Shown here piece after piece: positions 37,280 through 49,174 of a stretch of 64,000 nucleotides of DNA. Within the stretch, counting starts at the first letter, position 1. The number at the start of each line of letters is the position of its first letter. The stretch is from Azolla caroliniana (Eukaryota > Plantae > Polypodiophyta): positions 1 through 64,000 of the forward strand of contig JBHGNT010000053.1 in the NCBI GenBank assembly GCA_043228905.1, given 5' to 3'. Position numbers and translations under genes: made by a program. The notes below the pieces were generated by a model. That model was not told the origin of the DNA, made no database searches, and saw nothing but the letters and a program-made list of their open reading frames with translations.

Positions 37280-39420
37280 TCAAAGGAAAACGCTATATTG
37301 TTGTTTTGTGGACTTCAAGAAAGCCTTTGACACTATACCAGGGAGTGAGCTTGGGAAAAGAATGATAGAGATAAGAATGTCATTAGTGTATAGAGCAGTT
37401 GTAGCACAATTGTATGAGCAAGTTGCCAATTGAAAATGGATAGTAGTTTCTCAAACTACTTTTTGAGCAAAATAGGGGTCAAAGCAAGGGTGTCCACTCT
37501 CTCCCACACTCTTTGGTCTATGCATCGATATCCCACTAGTAACCTATATGAGCAAGTTAAGTGCAAATTGAAAGTAGATAGTGGTTTGCCAAACTACGTT
37601 TTGAGCATCATGGGTATCAAGCAAGGGTATCCATTCTCTCTTACACTCTTTGGTCTATACATCGTTAAAATTGAAAAAATAGTAAAGTAAGGTTGCAAAA
37701 GAAAAAGAATCGGATGGCCTAAAACTCATACATGAGCTCTCCTATATGCTAATGATGTTTTTGTAAAGAACTAGAAGACAGAATGACAGTTTTCTGAAAT
37801 ATCTAAAGGTAGAGATATAGAAACTAAAACAATTATGGGGTTTAACACATAGGAGGGATTAAAGAAGTAGAAGTATTTTTACAAAATAAAAGCCTACCAT
37901 TGAAAAAACATACAAGATAGGAGTGCACACACACATATATATATATGCGCTATCCAAGATACATAGAATATGCTTTTAGAAAAGGTGCTTTAAATGCTGA
38001 TGGGACAGCTAAGTCATGGCCTCATAAATACCTATTCTATGCTGAGTGGGAATCTTGTCCAAGTATCTCATTCAAAGTATAGAATATTCTTTTAGAAGTT
38101 GTAGTACAGTTCTGAAAACGAGACTGTACAACTTTAACATAAAATAGAAAATATTAAATAATATAAAAACATTTTTCTAGTTTAGTTAGAGAAACCTAAA
38201 GGGCCCTTAATCCCAAGAGTTTTATTCCAATATACTTTGGATGATATGCAATACGTACTTGATGTATTTGGATACATTTTGTCAAATCAATGGACTATTG
38301 TTAATGATGGCAATAAAGGTGATACAACTCAGACATTACCCCACTTTACATGCAAGAGAGAAGTTAGAACCAAAACAAGTGGTGCAAAGCATCAAATATC
38401 TATGTATGCTATGACAAGTGTGCTGGAATGTATTAAAGTTCCATCGACAAATAGATAGAATGTATGCTATGAGTCTAGGCTTCAAGTGTGCTAGAATAGT
38501 TATTATATGTTTGAGAATCAATGCAACCAAAGTGATACTCGAAGATGGGAAGTGAGATAATGTTATTCAATGCTATGTTGGTCCAAATGTTGTGTTATGG
38601 AGTGAGAGTGTGAGGTGGCACTATCTCACTTAGTGCATGGAATGAACTAGATAAAATCCATAAATTATAACTTGACAAGCTATTAGAAACAAGTGATCTA
38701 TAGAGGTACAAGCCATGCAAAGAGTATTCAAGTATATCACAAAAGCCAAGAATATGCCTGGCCATAAATTGCCAAAACAAGCTGGAACATAGGATGCAAG
38801 GTACACAAACCAAGAAGAGCAAAATCTTCTTATCTAGTTGGATGCTTGACATGATGAAATGGTTTATGAGATGGGTAGTAAAAGATCTGTTGGTGCTCTC
38901 AAGTGATGCTATGAAGCATGTGATCAGCACGGATAGATTACTAGAGGCAGTAAGGATGAAGTGGCAAGATGCTAAAATGTCGAAATTGGAATATTGCAAA
39001 TATTAACCCAATTTTGTCACCAATACAGGGTAAAAATGCCAGAATGTATCCTATCACATCTCACTATCCCCATGAGCCCAGAGAACATTAACACTCTTCA
39101 AACTTGCTCACACAAGTTAAGTGTTGATGTAGCATCATGGCATCCATCACCCAAATATGTAGATATGCAAGGTATGCAATAAAACCTGAGGAGGCTGAAT
39201 CAGTTACATACTTATCCCATGCTCAGTGTATAAGGTAATTCACGAGAAATATGATGACTTGTTAGACGGGTATGATAATGTAAGTCTCATACTCAAATGT
39301 CCATCAACAATGTTGAGCATAAATATGCGTGCATTATTTTCACATCTAGAGTTTTTACTCCAACGTAATAACCCCCCTTCTTAGGAAGGAGTCACATACA
39401 ACATGATATGTTGATTTGAT
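37280..39420 (+). mobile_element. Degenerate non-LTR retrotransposon (LINE) RT remnants inside LeuRS intron 3
   Basis: LYCCFVDFKKAFDT.., GIKQGYPFSLTLFGLYI and LLYAND remnants; boundaries approximate. Confidence 0.7.
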
Positions 39421-40689
39421 CCCATGGGCCATACGTCAAAATTCACTTCCTCATGGACAATAAAATATCTATTCTATTGCCTTAGTGGTACAACATGATT
39501 TTCCATCCATGTGTACCACATTGTAGTTCATACACATTACCTCATCTCACTCATTTCAGTTGAAGAAAATATGAAGGATTAAATAGAATAAGTATAACAA
39601 AAAAGCCAAAGCCAAGGTAGTTCTACCTGCTTGCGGAACCTGCTGATATTACGTTTTGTTGTCAAACTTGGATGAGCTCCTGTCTAACAAGTATTATAAA
39701 ATATATATATTACCATATGTGCAAATGCTCATAATTGAACAAATGGCTTATATATCACAAACAATGACCTTTCATTTTACCTCAATTGCATATTGTTCAG
39801 CAGGTAATCCAAAAGCATCCCAACCCATTCCCATTGGATGAAGAACATTAAACCCTTGCATGCGTTTGTACCTTGCAATAATATCAGTGGCTGTATAACC
39901 TTCAGGGTGTCCAACATGAAGACCTGATCCACTGTTAAACAGTCATGACCATGTAAATCATTAAGGGTTGATAAACCAAAACATAACATAATCAAACACC
40001 AGAGTAGAAAGAAAGAAAGAGTGTCCAACATGAAGACCTGCCCCATTATCGAACATTCATGACAATGCAAATCATCAAGCATTAATAAACTTAGATATCC
40101 CACACTAAACACCATAGTAGAAAGAAAGAAAGCTATATAACATATTTTAAGAGGCCAAAATAGTCTATAAACTGAACAGAAATCTTTGGGAACAAAATGT
40201 TTTCTCGTCTTTGGGAAAAACAAATCAAAATAATTATTGAGGAAACTGTTATGACAGTAGTAGGGTGCCAAAGAGCCTAGCACAAACAGAGAAAATTATA
40301 CTAAAAAGCAACTATATTTCTTAGTGAGCCTCAAAGCCTTTAAATAGAGCGGGGTTTGTAACTGATACATTTATGAAAGGGGATAACATGTGCCTAGGAG
40401 CATAATGAGTAAAAGTCGTAAAGTAGTGGGGAGAAAAAACAATGTAGTAAATGTTGTAATGAAGTACTGGCAGGATTAGAAAGTCAAATGAGATAATTGA
40501 TGGAATAAAGTGAATCTAGAGAGAGAAATGTGTAGTGTGCGTGTGTGCAGAAGGGAAAGATTAGTTCTAAGGCTGTCATCCTCCACCACCTCGGCTCCAG
40601 AATGGTGCTCCTAATTTGAGATGAATAAAGGGCTGATCAATTGTGTCCTTAGGAAGTGCCTTGTTAAAGAAGCCAGCCACATTGCCATA

Positions 40690-41830
40690 GATTACTTGCT
40701 ATACCCAAGAAACTTGCATTTCTTACTCTTGGATTCAAATTTAGTAAGTGTAGTATCTGAAATATGAACATATTCATCAGATTCAAACACCCAAAGATGA
40801 GAAACTAAGAATTTGTGACCTGTAAATGCCTCTTCAAGGATCATTTCAGCAAGTGCCTTAGTAGGAGAATAGTTGATGATATAGACAGCTGTGTCGATAG
40901 CTTCACCCAAAAATGGAGAGAAAGATCAGATTGAGACAACACTCTCACCATTTCTTAACTGTCTTGTTCTTCCTTTCTACTACTAATTTTGTTGTGGAGA
41001 ATTGGGGACAGAAAACTGACAAGCAATACCTTGTTGCCAAGAAAAGATACTAACAGAACATGAAATAAATTCACCACCATTGTTAGCTCTGATTTTGTTA
41101 ACCTTCTTGAAGGTCTTTGTTTCAACTAGAGACACCCATTCTTGAAACCTAGAGAGTGCTTCAAATTTGGTTGAAGGTATGTGAACTCAGACTAGCTCCA
41201 AAATGGATGTGGCACAATAAGTTGCTTGAGAGAGAAATGGTTCTCAGTGGTGCTTCCCATGTGCACAAGCCACACATGAGGTATTGAAGAAATTTGAATG
41301 AGGAAGGCCATGCACCATTTGGGATGACGAGAGTCATAGTTGTGATGCCCAAAAGCAAGCACACAACAGCTACGGATCTTCTTGAGCTACTACGACATAA
41401 CTTCAATGCAGATGTTATAGTAGATGAGACTTGGAGGATGGTAATGAGCTGTTGGAGCCGTGACGGTGACACAAGTCCATTTCCTTTTTATCACTGGTGG
41501 AAATTTGTAGGTTGTTGATGTCATCTCCAACTTAAGAGTTATTCAGATTATACATTTTGTTGACTAGAAGGAAAATTCAAAATGCATTACCCATGGATGA
41601 AGCCTCAAGCACCAACAGTAGGTTAGATGAAAGACAAGGTACAGATAATACATTTTGAATCATAGTTGTTTGTTGACCAGAAAGAGAATTCAAAAATACA
41701 TTACTCATGTGTGAGGCCTCGGGACTTGAGGCATCTGCAATAGAAATGTGTGAGCTGTGAGGTCGAATATAACACAAGATAGACCTGTCAAGAGTCATAT
41801 GACTTGTGCAAGCACTCTCCATAATCCAAT
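40690..41830 (-). mobile_element. Degenerate Ty1/Copia integrase/protease remnant inside LeuRS intron 1
   Basis: GEAIDTAVYIINYSPT..SHLWVF..KFESKSKKCKFLGYS and the S(A)CTSHMT protease-region motif. Confidence 0.75.
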
Positions 41831-43694
41831 GATCAAGAGAGGATACACTTCAGCTAGTCATAGGGGAAGAATTAAAGATGACACCCTAAGAAAGTTGTTT
41901 CTTTGGCAGTACATCTAGTGTTTGATCACAATACAAACCTAGGGTTGGTTGAGGATGGCTTTGTGGAATCATCCCTTTCATTTTCTAGCAATCAGGTTGG
42001 ATGTGGACTTAATTATCCCAATGGCGATAAGTAAGATCTTTATGGGCTGGATTGTTGGTTGGTTTTGAAGAAGATTTATTAATGTTAGGAGATGCATTCT
42101 ATTTGCCTTTGCCTTTATAATAGAGAAGATGCTACCTGTATCCAACGTCTTTGCCAATTACAGTAGGAAGATATACACGAATACCTCTAGAAGAAAGAAT
42201 TTGCCAATTATGTCATCAAGGAGTGGAATCCGAAGCACGCTATGTTTGACACTGTAGTGTCTTTTATGAAATCAGAGGGAGATGCCATTGCCTCTTTAAA
42301 CAAGGCTTTGGCCCGCTACGTAAGGTAATGGAATATTAGGACCAACGGTGCCTAGGTCTTTTCTTACTAGAACTCAAGAGACAGAGGGAAGCATTTGTAG
42401 TGTGATAGGGTAGCTCAAGACTTCTTCAAATCAGTTAGAGATTGAGATAGGAAAATATGCATGCAAATCTATTGAAGAATAAATCTGCCAATTACGCCAT
42501 TGGGAGTGAAATTGGAAAGCATTAAGTTAGTCATGGCTTTGGTTTTTAGTTTTAAAAAAAGGAGGGAGATACCATTGCCTTTTTAAACAAAGCTTTGACC
42601 CAGTACAGAAGGTCAAGTGTGTTTAGGATTGTTCTCACAAGAATTCAAGAGACATAGTGAGAAGTTGTTGACGGACAACAACACAGCCACAACAGCTTAT
42701 CGACGAAGGGCCATTACAGCTTGATTTTTCTCCATCACTCAATGCTACAAGTCAATCAGTTGGCTACACATGTGGAGTCTTGGCCAGGACACTTGAATGG
42801 GGTTAAATAGATTGGGCAATAGCAAATTGTCTTGTCATCTAGGCCACAGCATCTATCACCTTTGTAAGAACTAGAAGATAGAACGAAAGTTTTCTGAAAT
42901 ACTTAAAGGCAAAGATATAGAAACCAAAAACAAATATGGGGTTTCACACATAGAAAAGATTAAAGAAAGCAGAAGCAGATCTGCAAAATAAAAGGCCACT
43001 ACTTAAAAAGCAATGTACAAGGTAGAAGTGCCCCATCTGCTCTCAGCCTGACCCACATGAATTGACCAGTCTCATCTCTATGAAAAATGTGGGTCAGAGG
43101 TTCTAACTCCTCTGTGAAAAGCAATGAAACTCCACTAGCCCAGTGATCCCCCCATATGTTGTCTGCAAGTGAGCTCCCATATGTATCCTATATCATTCTC
43201 GGAGGAGGATTACCCGATGCATCTCGACATAAGTTTACCAGAGATTTTGTTAGTGTGTCTAATTGGAGGGAATGAGGACTGAGTGTATACCTAGGATAGG
43301 GGAACATGTCGAGGACATAGAATTTAGGCTTTGAAGTGTCGACGGTGTCAGGAGTGTGGAACGTCTGGTTGGCTTCCCAGAAATGTTGCCATTTCTGTTC
43401 GATGACATGGAAGGGATAAGCTTTTCTGAGAGGAAGCAATGGAGTAGTTGGGCCACTTTCGGCGTCAGTTGAGGAAGTGGCGATGCTACAGAAGAGAGTG
43501 CGGCTTGACGTCCTTCTTCTTCTCCCACCGAACTGCTGGAACAACAAGTTGCAGCTAGTTGTGGCCTTGCAAGGTCGTGAGAGGATATTGAGGCAGCAAA
43601 GGGGACGCCTGAGGAGGAAAGAGGTGCAGCAGTTGAGGGAGGAGCTCAACATGCCGCCTTCCTGCAGGTGCTGCCAAGCTGGGATACTACTGCT

Positions 43695-43740
43695 CGCCAT
43701 AGCCATAGCCATAGCCATAGCCATAGCCATAGCCATAGCT
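43695..43740 (-). repeat. (ATGGCT)n repeat at the LeuRS start, encoding (MA)n
   Basis: Seven in-frame ATGs spaced 6 nt apart. Confidence 0.9.
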
Positions 43741-46166
43741 GCTCACTCACTCGTGGACATTAATTCATTCATTATTCATATATCTATGTACATATATCAT
43801 CATCATCAAAATCATCATCATCATCTCTGTGTGGTCGGTCGGTCACGCAGACCAAAATACATGAACATACATATGTACATACATTCTTCATTTCTTTCTT
43901 ATCTATCTAGTATCTAGTCAAGGGAGTTATTAAGAAGTTTTACAAGAGAACCATTTCGAATGCAAGTGGGCGGGCAATCACACACAAGAATCAACCAAAC
44001 TCGTTAGTGCGGCTCTTTTATTGACACAACTATCAATAATTATTGACATAAAAGAGTTGATAGTTGTGTCAATAATTATTGACACAACTATCAACTCTTT
44101 TATGCATGGACAACAATTGGGGCAACCACAAAGGAGTCCATCCATCTCCCCATAACAATAGAACATGATGGATGTCCTATGTTGGTGGTGATGCAACATC
44201 CACATCTAACAACACTTGTGATGCATTATCGACCTCGAGAGCTCACCAATGACACTTTGGAGGCAATTTTAGTAATGACAAATAGTGTTTCACTCTTTGC
44301 GCTCATATACAACACTACTACTAGCCCATCCAATGACAAAGCTTGGTATGCCCGATCGATAACATTTGCTCCAACTCTCCTTGCGTCAACTCCCAGATGA
44401 CAAGAAATCAAAGCTCAAGTTTATCATTTGGACACGAAACAGGTGTCTCCAAACTATCATCGTGATCCTCTCCAATAAGATCCTTTGAGGAAATCATGGT
44501 GTCCTTGATTTGGGGATGGTGACTATGTGAACAGACATTCAAACATATGGCAAACTAACCACTTGTTTCAATATCTTACTTGGGTGTTATACAAAAGCGC
44601 ATCGTATGCATGCATGTGTAGGTGGAAACTCGTTGACATTGTGGACTAGGAAATGGGTGGGATGATCCAATATATATCAAAGAATGCATAGCGCGTGGGG
44701 TGTTGGAACAAAGAATATGTGAATCAGTATCTTGGCTTGTGAGATTTCAAACCTCCAACGCCTATGTTAGAAACAAGATGCTTCAAATTATTGAGCAAGG
44801 AACGATATATAACGTAAAATAACAACCAAGCAAGCAAGGATACACAGGTATGAATGAATGTATGATTTATCTTGAGCTTTTTAAGATATATTGTGTGCCT
44901 ATAAGAGATTTGTTGAAGTTGGGGAGATATTTACAAGGGACACAATTGCATGCGAAGGAATTTAAGGGGAGATTGTGGAACATTCAAAAGCTAAAACATG
45001 GTGGCGAATAATGTGTCTTGTTGAAAGGAAAGTAGGGCAAGACAATCAAAGTGTTATCATAAACTCAAAGTCACGAAGATACACATGGCAAACATTTGGT
45101 GTTTGGCAATGCCTCTTATTAAATTTTGAAGGTGAAACTCCATCATGGGTTGTCTCTAATTAGTAGAAGATATTCTCTTAAAAAATCATTTGCATTGGGT
45201 AGGAGACATAGGAGTGAGAGGAAGTGAATTGTTGGAGGTGATTGTCAACGAAGTATGCCATGATCCACACAAAATGCCCAACCATGGGCATCACATCGAA
45301 AAGTTGACTAGTTGAGAGTGAAGCACACCTTTGGTGAGCATTGTGAAAATCTTACCATGTTCATCTATGTGGAAGAGGATAGAAGTTGGGACTGGTGGAT
45401 ATGTAGCCAAGAGTCGGTTGAACAATTTATCAATGACGCAACCATCTAATTAAGGTTAACCCTCCAAGGTGGTTATTTATCGGGGGGCTTCAAAAGGAAG
45501 TTTTGAACCTAATGAGCTTGACCCAACTCTAGGGACACAATTATCAATCAAGTTGTTGGTTGTCAACATACAACATTGGGTATAAGAGCATATCAATTTG
45601 TTGTTCAATGGAACTTCAAGGTAAAAGTGCGAGAGATGTGTGATGAGGGGTAGTTCAAAAAGCTCATGGTAATAAGCAAGAGGAACAACAAAATGTTTGT
45701 TGTTGTCCTCATTCCATTTTGTCCACATATTCCGGGAGTGTGCCATTGAGCTTGAACCAATAATTGGCCATAAAAACAATTGGCATTGAAGCTTTGGATG
45801 AATAATTAGAGCTTGAGTTTCACAATGTGAAGATGAGGATGACAATTGTCGGTGGAGGGGTCCGTCAATGAGAGGAACGTCCTTAAGCAAAAAATTTACT
45901 AATGTAGGTTCCAAATGATGAAAAACAATGTGTTAGGCGTGATGCTTGCAAGTGGGGTTGTGGTTTGTGTCTTATTTGCAGAAATGGGTGTCAAGGACGT
46001 GTAATCTTGACTCACAACATGTGGGATGTTGAGTGAAATGAATATGAAGCCCTCCATAGAAAATACGATCTAGCCTTTTCTGTTATTAACCGTTCGGTTG
46101 TAGCAAGGAGTGCGGGCGACTTTGTGATATAGTAGATAATGTAATAGTCAAAGAAGATATTCTAAG

Positions 46167-46167
<1 letters not shown>

Positions 46168-46232
<65 letters not shown>
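46168..46232. repeat. (CA)n(GA)n microsatellite
   Basis: Direct reading. Confidence 0.95.
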
Positions 46233-46234
<2 letters not shown>

Positions 46235-46660
46235 CAAGAAGTTTTCATTAAAATGAAAGGAAAGACCTTATGCAGCAAACTAGTTTCGCTCGCTTAGACC
46301 TCATCAGTGCAAAAGGTCATGGAAATACAAATGGTGGTTTATATAGGATGTTGAGAATGGGGAAGGGAGGAGAAAGAGGGAAAGTATAATCATAGTGAGT
46401 GGGGTGTAATAAGAGTGTAAATAGATGGAAGGCTGTAAGGATTTAAGGTGGAAGATCTTGATGATAGGGGGGGTGGTGATAAAGGGGGAAATGAGTTGGT
46501 GATAGGAAGATTGATAGGGTGATAAGACAGATGAGTGAGTGGGATATGGTGATAAGGGGAAATGAATGAGTGATAGGGTATGTAATTATAAGTAAGTAAA
46601 TATAAGATGGTGAGAAGGTGAAAATTAAGGAAGGGAATAAGAAGGGAAAGGAAGGAAAAT
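46233..46660 (-). mobile_element. Probable 3' end/pseudo-LTR of a Penelope-like element
   Basis: Carries the hammerhead. Same strong strand skew (G/A-rich plus strand) as the Penelope-like ORF region at 57822-58790; abuts a (GA)n tract. Confidence 0.5.
46264..46318 (-). ncRNA. Minimal type I hammerhead ribozyme of the Penelope-like-element kind
   Basis: Minus strand GACCTT-TT-GCA CUGAUGA GGTC-TAAGC-GAGC GAAA C-TA-G TT TGC TGCAT AAGGTC. Both core boxes present, palindromic ACTAGT stem III, stem I GCA/TGC plus GACCTT/AAGGTC; one G-G mismatch in stem II. Confidence 0.7.
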
Positions 46661-47490
46661 CGTGGCGGATCGGGGAGAGCTGGAAGCACAGGAAGCTGAG
46701 GAGTTGTTCGACCGACTAGGGGTAAAACTCTCCCTCACTACGGCTTACAATCCGGAGGCGAACGGGAAAGTGGAACGTGGTCACGGGTCTATCGTGAAGG
46801 CATTAGTACGTGCTTGTGAAGGGCAGGTCGGGAATTGGCCGCGGCTCCTCCCTTACGCACTATGGGCGGACCGAACTACGCACAGTTCGACTACGGGGTT
46901 CATGCCGACAAAACTGATGTACGGGCAGAAGCCTATCATGTCGGTAGAGCGGACGATCTCTTCGTGGGCGGCGGTAGACTGGAAGGACGAGATAAGCCGG
47001 GAGGAGCTGTTGGCGGCGCCAATTCGACAGCTCGAGCGGAGGCTAGAGGACGTACAGAGGGTGAAGGAGAAGCTGCGTGCGGCGAGGGAACGAAACAAGT
47101 TCCGGTTCAACCAGACGCACCGGCTACGACCCAAGAAGATCGAGGAAGGCGATTGGGTGCTGGTTTACGACAGCAGCCTCGATAACCAGCATAAGGCGAA
47201 GCGTAAATTTGCAAGGAGGTGGTTCGGGCCTTATACGGTGACGAGCGCGAACGGCAACGACACGTATCACCTCCCAGAACTCGACGGAACACGCTTAGCG
47301 GTGCTGGTGGCCGGGAAGCGGATCAAGGCGTTCAAGAAGCGGAATGAAGATGAGCCGGAGCGAGGAGAGCGACGACGATCGGTTGGGGCCCGACGAAGAA
47401 TCGGACAACGACGGATGACGAGCCGGCTTTCTCCCGTATCTACCTGCCTCTGGAGCAGACCGGTGGATGCGCGGTTTGATGGGGGTGGAT
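46661..47490 (+). mobile_element. Ty3/Gypsy integrase C-terminal fragment with PPT-like tract
   Basis: DRGE...TTAYNPEANGKVERGH, WPRLLPYALWADRTT, RWFGPY; GATGGGGGTGGA near 47478-47489. Confidence 0.85.
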
Positions 47491-48719
47491 TTCGGCACCG
47501 CCTTGACTCCCCTTGCTCGTGGAAGTCCCGGAAATGCTATCGGCACGCTCATTGTGCCTTCGTTCCTGCTCTTGCCGGCCGCTTCCATTGCGTGCCGACC
47601 CACCTCTTCCCCCACGCCCACGGGGTCTATCAGCCTCCATGTACAGCATCCGACTGTCCGATTGAGTGGTCCGAGACTCACTCACGTGGTTTTCTTCGAC
47701 CATCATCATCGATTGCAAGTCGAAGAAGGACGGTGGTTTCTCCCATGTACAGATCGTTGTCCGCATCGGCCTGTACCTTTTCGCTAGACCACCAAGGCAG
47801 ATTTGTACCATCTCGTGTTCATCCACTGTCACGTTGATAGACCCGAGTGCGTCACAAATCTCTTTTACTTTGGTGGTATAGTCCGTGACCGACATGTCTC
47901 TCTGTCGGATGTTGTTCAGCTCTTGCCGGAGCTGCAACTTACGGGTTGTGGTACTTGCGGCGAAAACCTTACGCAGATTTTCCCAGGCTTCCTTCGGCGT
48001 CTTTGCATCCCTAATGTAGCCGAGCATCTGGTCATGCACAAAGGACGCGAGGCAGTACAGTACTCGGCTCGCTCCTTGCTCCCATACCCGAAAGTCCTTG
48101 TGTGCAGGTTCTGGCGCTACTTCATTCGTTCCTTCCACAAAACTCCAATACCCATGCCCCAGTAGGTACTGATGCATTTTGTATGACCAGGACGCGTAGT
48201 TGGTCCGGTCGAGTTTCTCTGTGGGAATCGAACTTGCCATAACTCTGTCCATGTCTTTTTCTGTCTACTGTTCTTACGACCTGTTAGGGTTTGCTCTTCG
48301 AAAGTAAATGTCGATTGCAGAGGTTCTCAACCCTCTCGATCTAATACCATGTAGAAGATCACTTGCGGAAGCGATAGAAAGAACAGAGAAAATAGAAGAT
48401 ACATAGAGTGAGAGAGAGTACACGGGAGAGACAGAGAGAGCAGAACGTAAAACTATATTCAAAATTATATCAACACTCTGTACATACAACACGCTCATCA
48501 ACGCTATTTATACAAGTCCTCATGGGACTGACAGAAGTACCGTGTACTTCAATGCTCACACGAGCATCTAACACTCACTCCAAGACAATAACTACCTAGT
48601 AATACCGTAGATTACTAGGCTTCCGGTTACTGATGGATCCGGTTAACCGGCTCCCATGCTTATCGGCTTTTTGCTCACCGGCATACGAATCCGGCTCCGG
48701 TTGAGCTTGCCGCTCAACA
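47491..48719 (-). mobile_element. Ty1/Copia 5' fragment: LTR 48350-48719, tRNA-iMet-like PBS and gag (UBN2-type)
   Basis: LTR TGTTG...CTACA on minus strand; PBS TGGTATTAGATC (48349-48338); gag EKLDRTNYASWSYKM..LLGHGYW..TPKEAWENL. Confidence 0.88.
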
Positions 48720-49174
48720 ATTTCCTCGTAAACAGGATCCAGTTCTTCTGTTTTCATGTTTACTTCTTCTTAAGAAAGACCTGATTCTTCTGTCTTCCAA
48801 TGACGTTGATTTGTAAAGACATTTATCCTGATTTAGAAGCTACCTAGATTCAAAGTTCAAACTTTGATTTCTGGAATGTTTGTTTGAAAGACAACAGGTT
48901 ATTTTGCCATTTACTCACGTTTTTTGTTTCTGGAACAACGTTTTAGTAAGTTAAATCATCTTGACAAATTGCAAGTATATAAGGGTGAATGGAACTCTAT
49001 TTCCGATTTCCTTTCAAAGTATTTAGTGGTATTGCAAGCTAAATCAATCTTTTTCTCTTTCCCTTTGTTTTATGTTTAGATTTGGGCATGCTACTTCCGA
49101 CCAACTGCTTCATGCAACTAGCTTTCTTGCATTATTGGTTGTGGTGAACAATACCATCAGATATCCATAATGTA

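Larger units (their letters stand above)
25656..43736 (-). pseudogene. EMB2369: Organellar (bacterial-type) leucyl-tRNA synthetase, 20 exons; frameshifted as sequenced (pseudogene or sequence error)
   Basis: Exons 43736-43291, 39931-39781, 39683-39627, 36597-36478, 36094-35990, 35846-35629, 35520-35454, 35381-35227, 31519-31256, 31125-30931, 29868-29789, 29687-29625, 29536-29455, 28817-28740, 28652-28551, 26952-26780, 26577-26397, 26313-26236, 26113-25982, 25874-25656. Motifs LDMFPYPS, HVGH, editing-domain YTTRPDT and GTGAIMAVPAHD, KMSKS; transit-peptide-like N-terminus. Exon 9 is 1 nt short. Confidence 0.85.

Noticed and set aside
43920-46100. Short ORFs upstream of LeuRS as a gene or transposase
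   Set aside because: No motif I can recognise and no consistent splice model; probably old TE debris, left uncalled.
46662-47837. 391-aa ORF as a novel integrase fusion protein
   Set aside because: The C-terminal third is antisense read-through into Copia gag, and the N-terminus lacks the first catalytic Asp and a true start.
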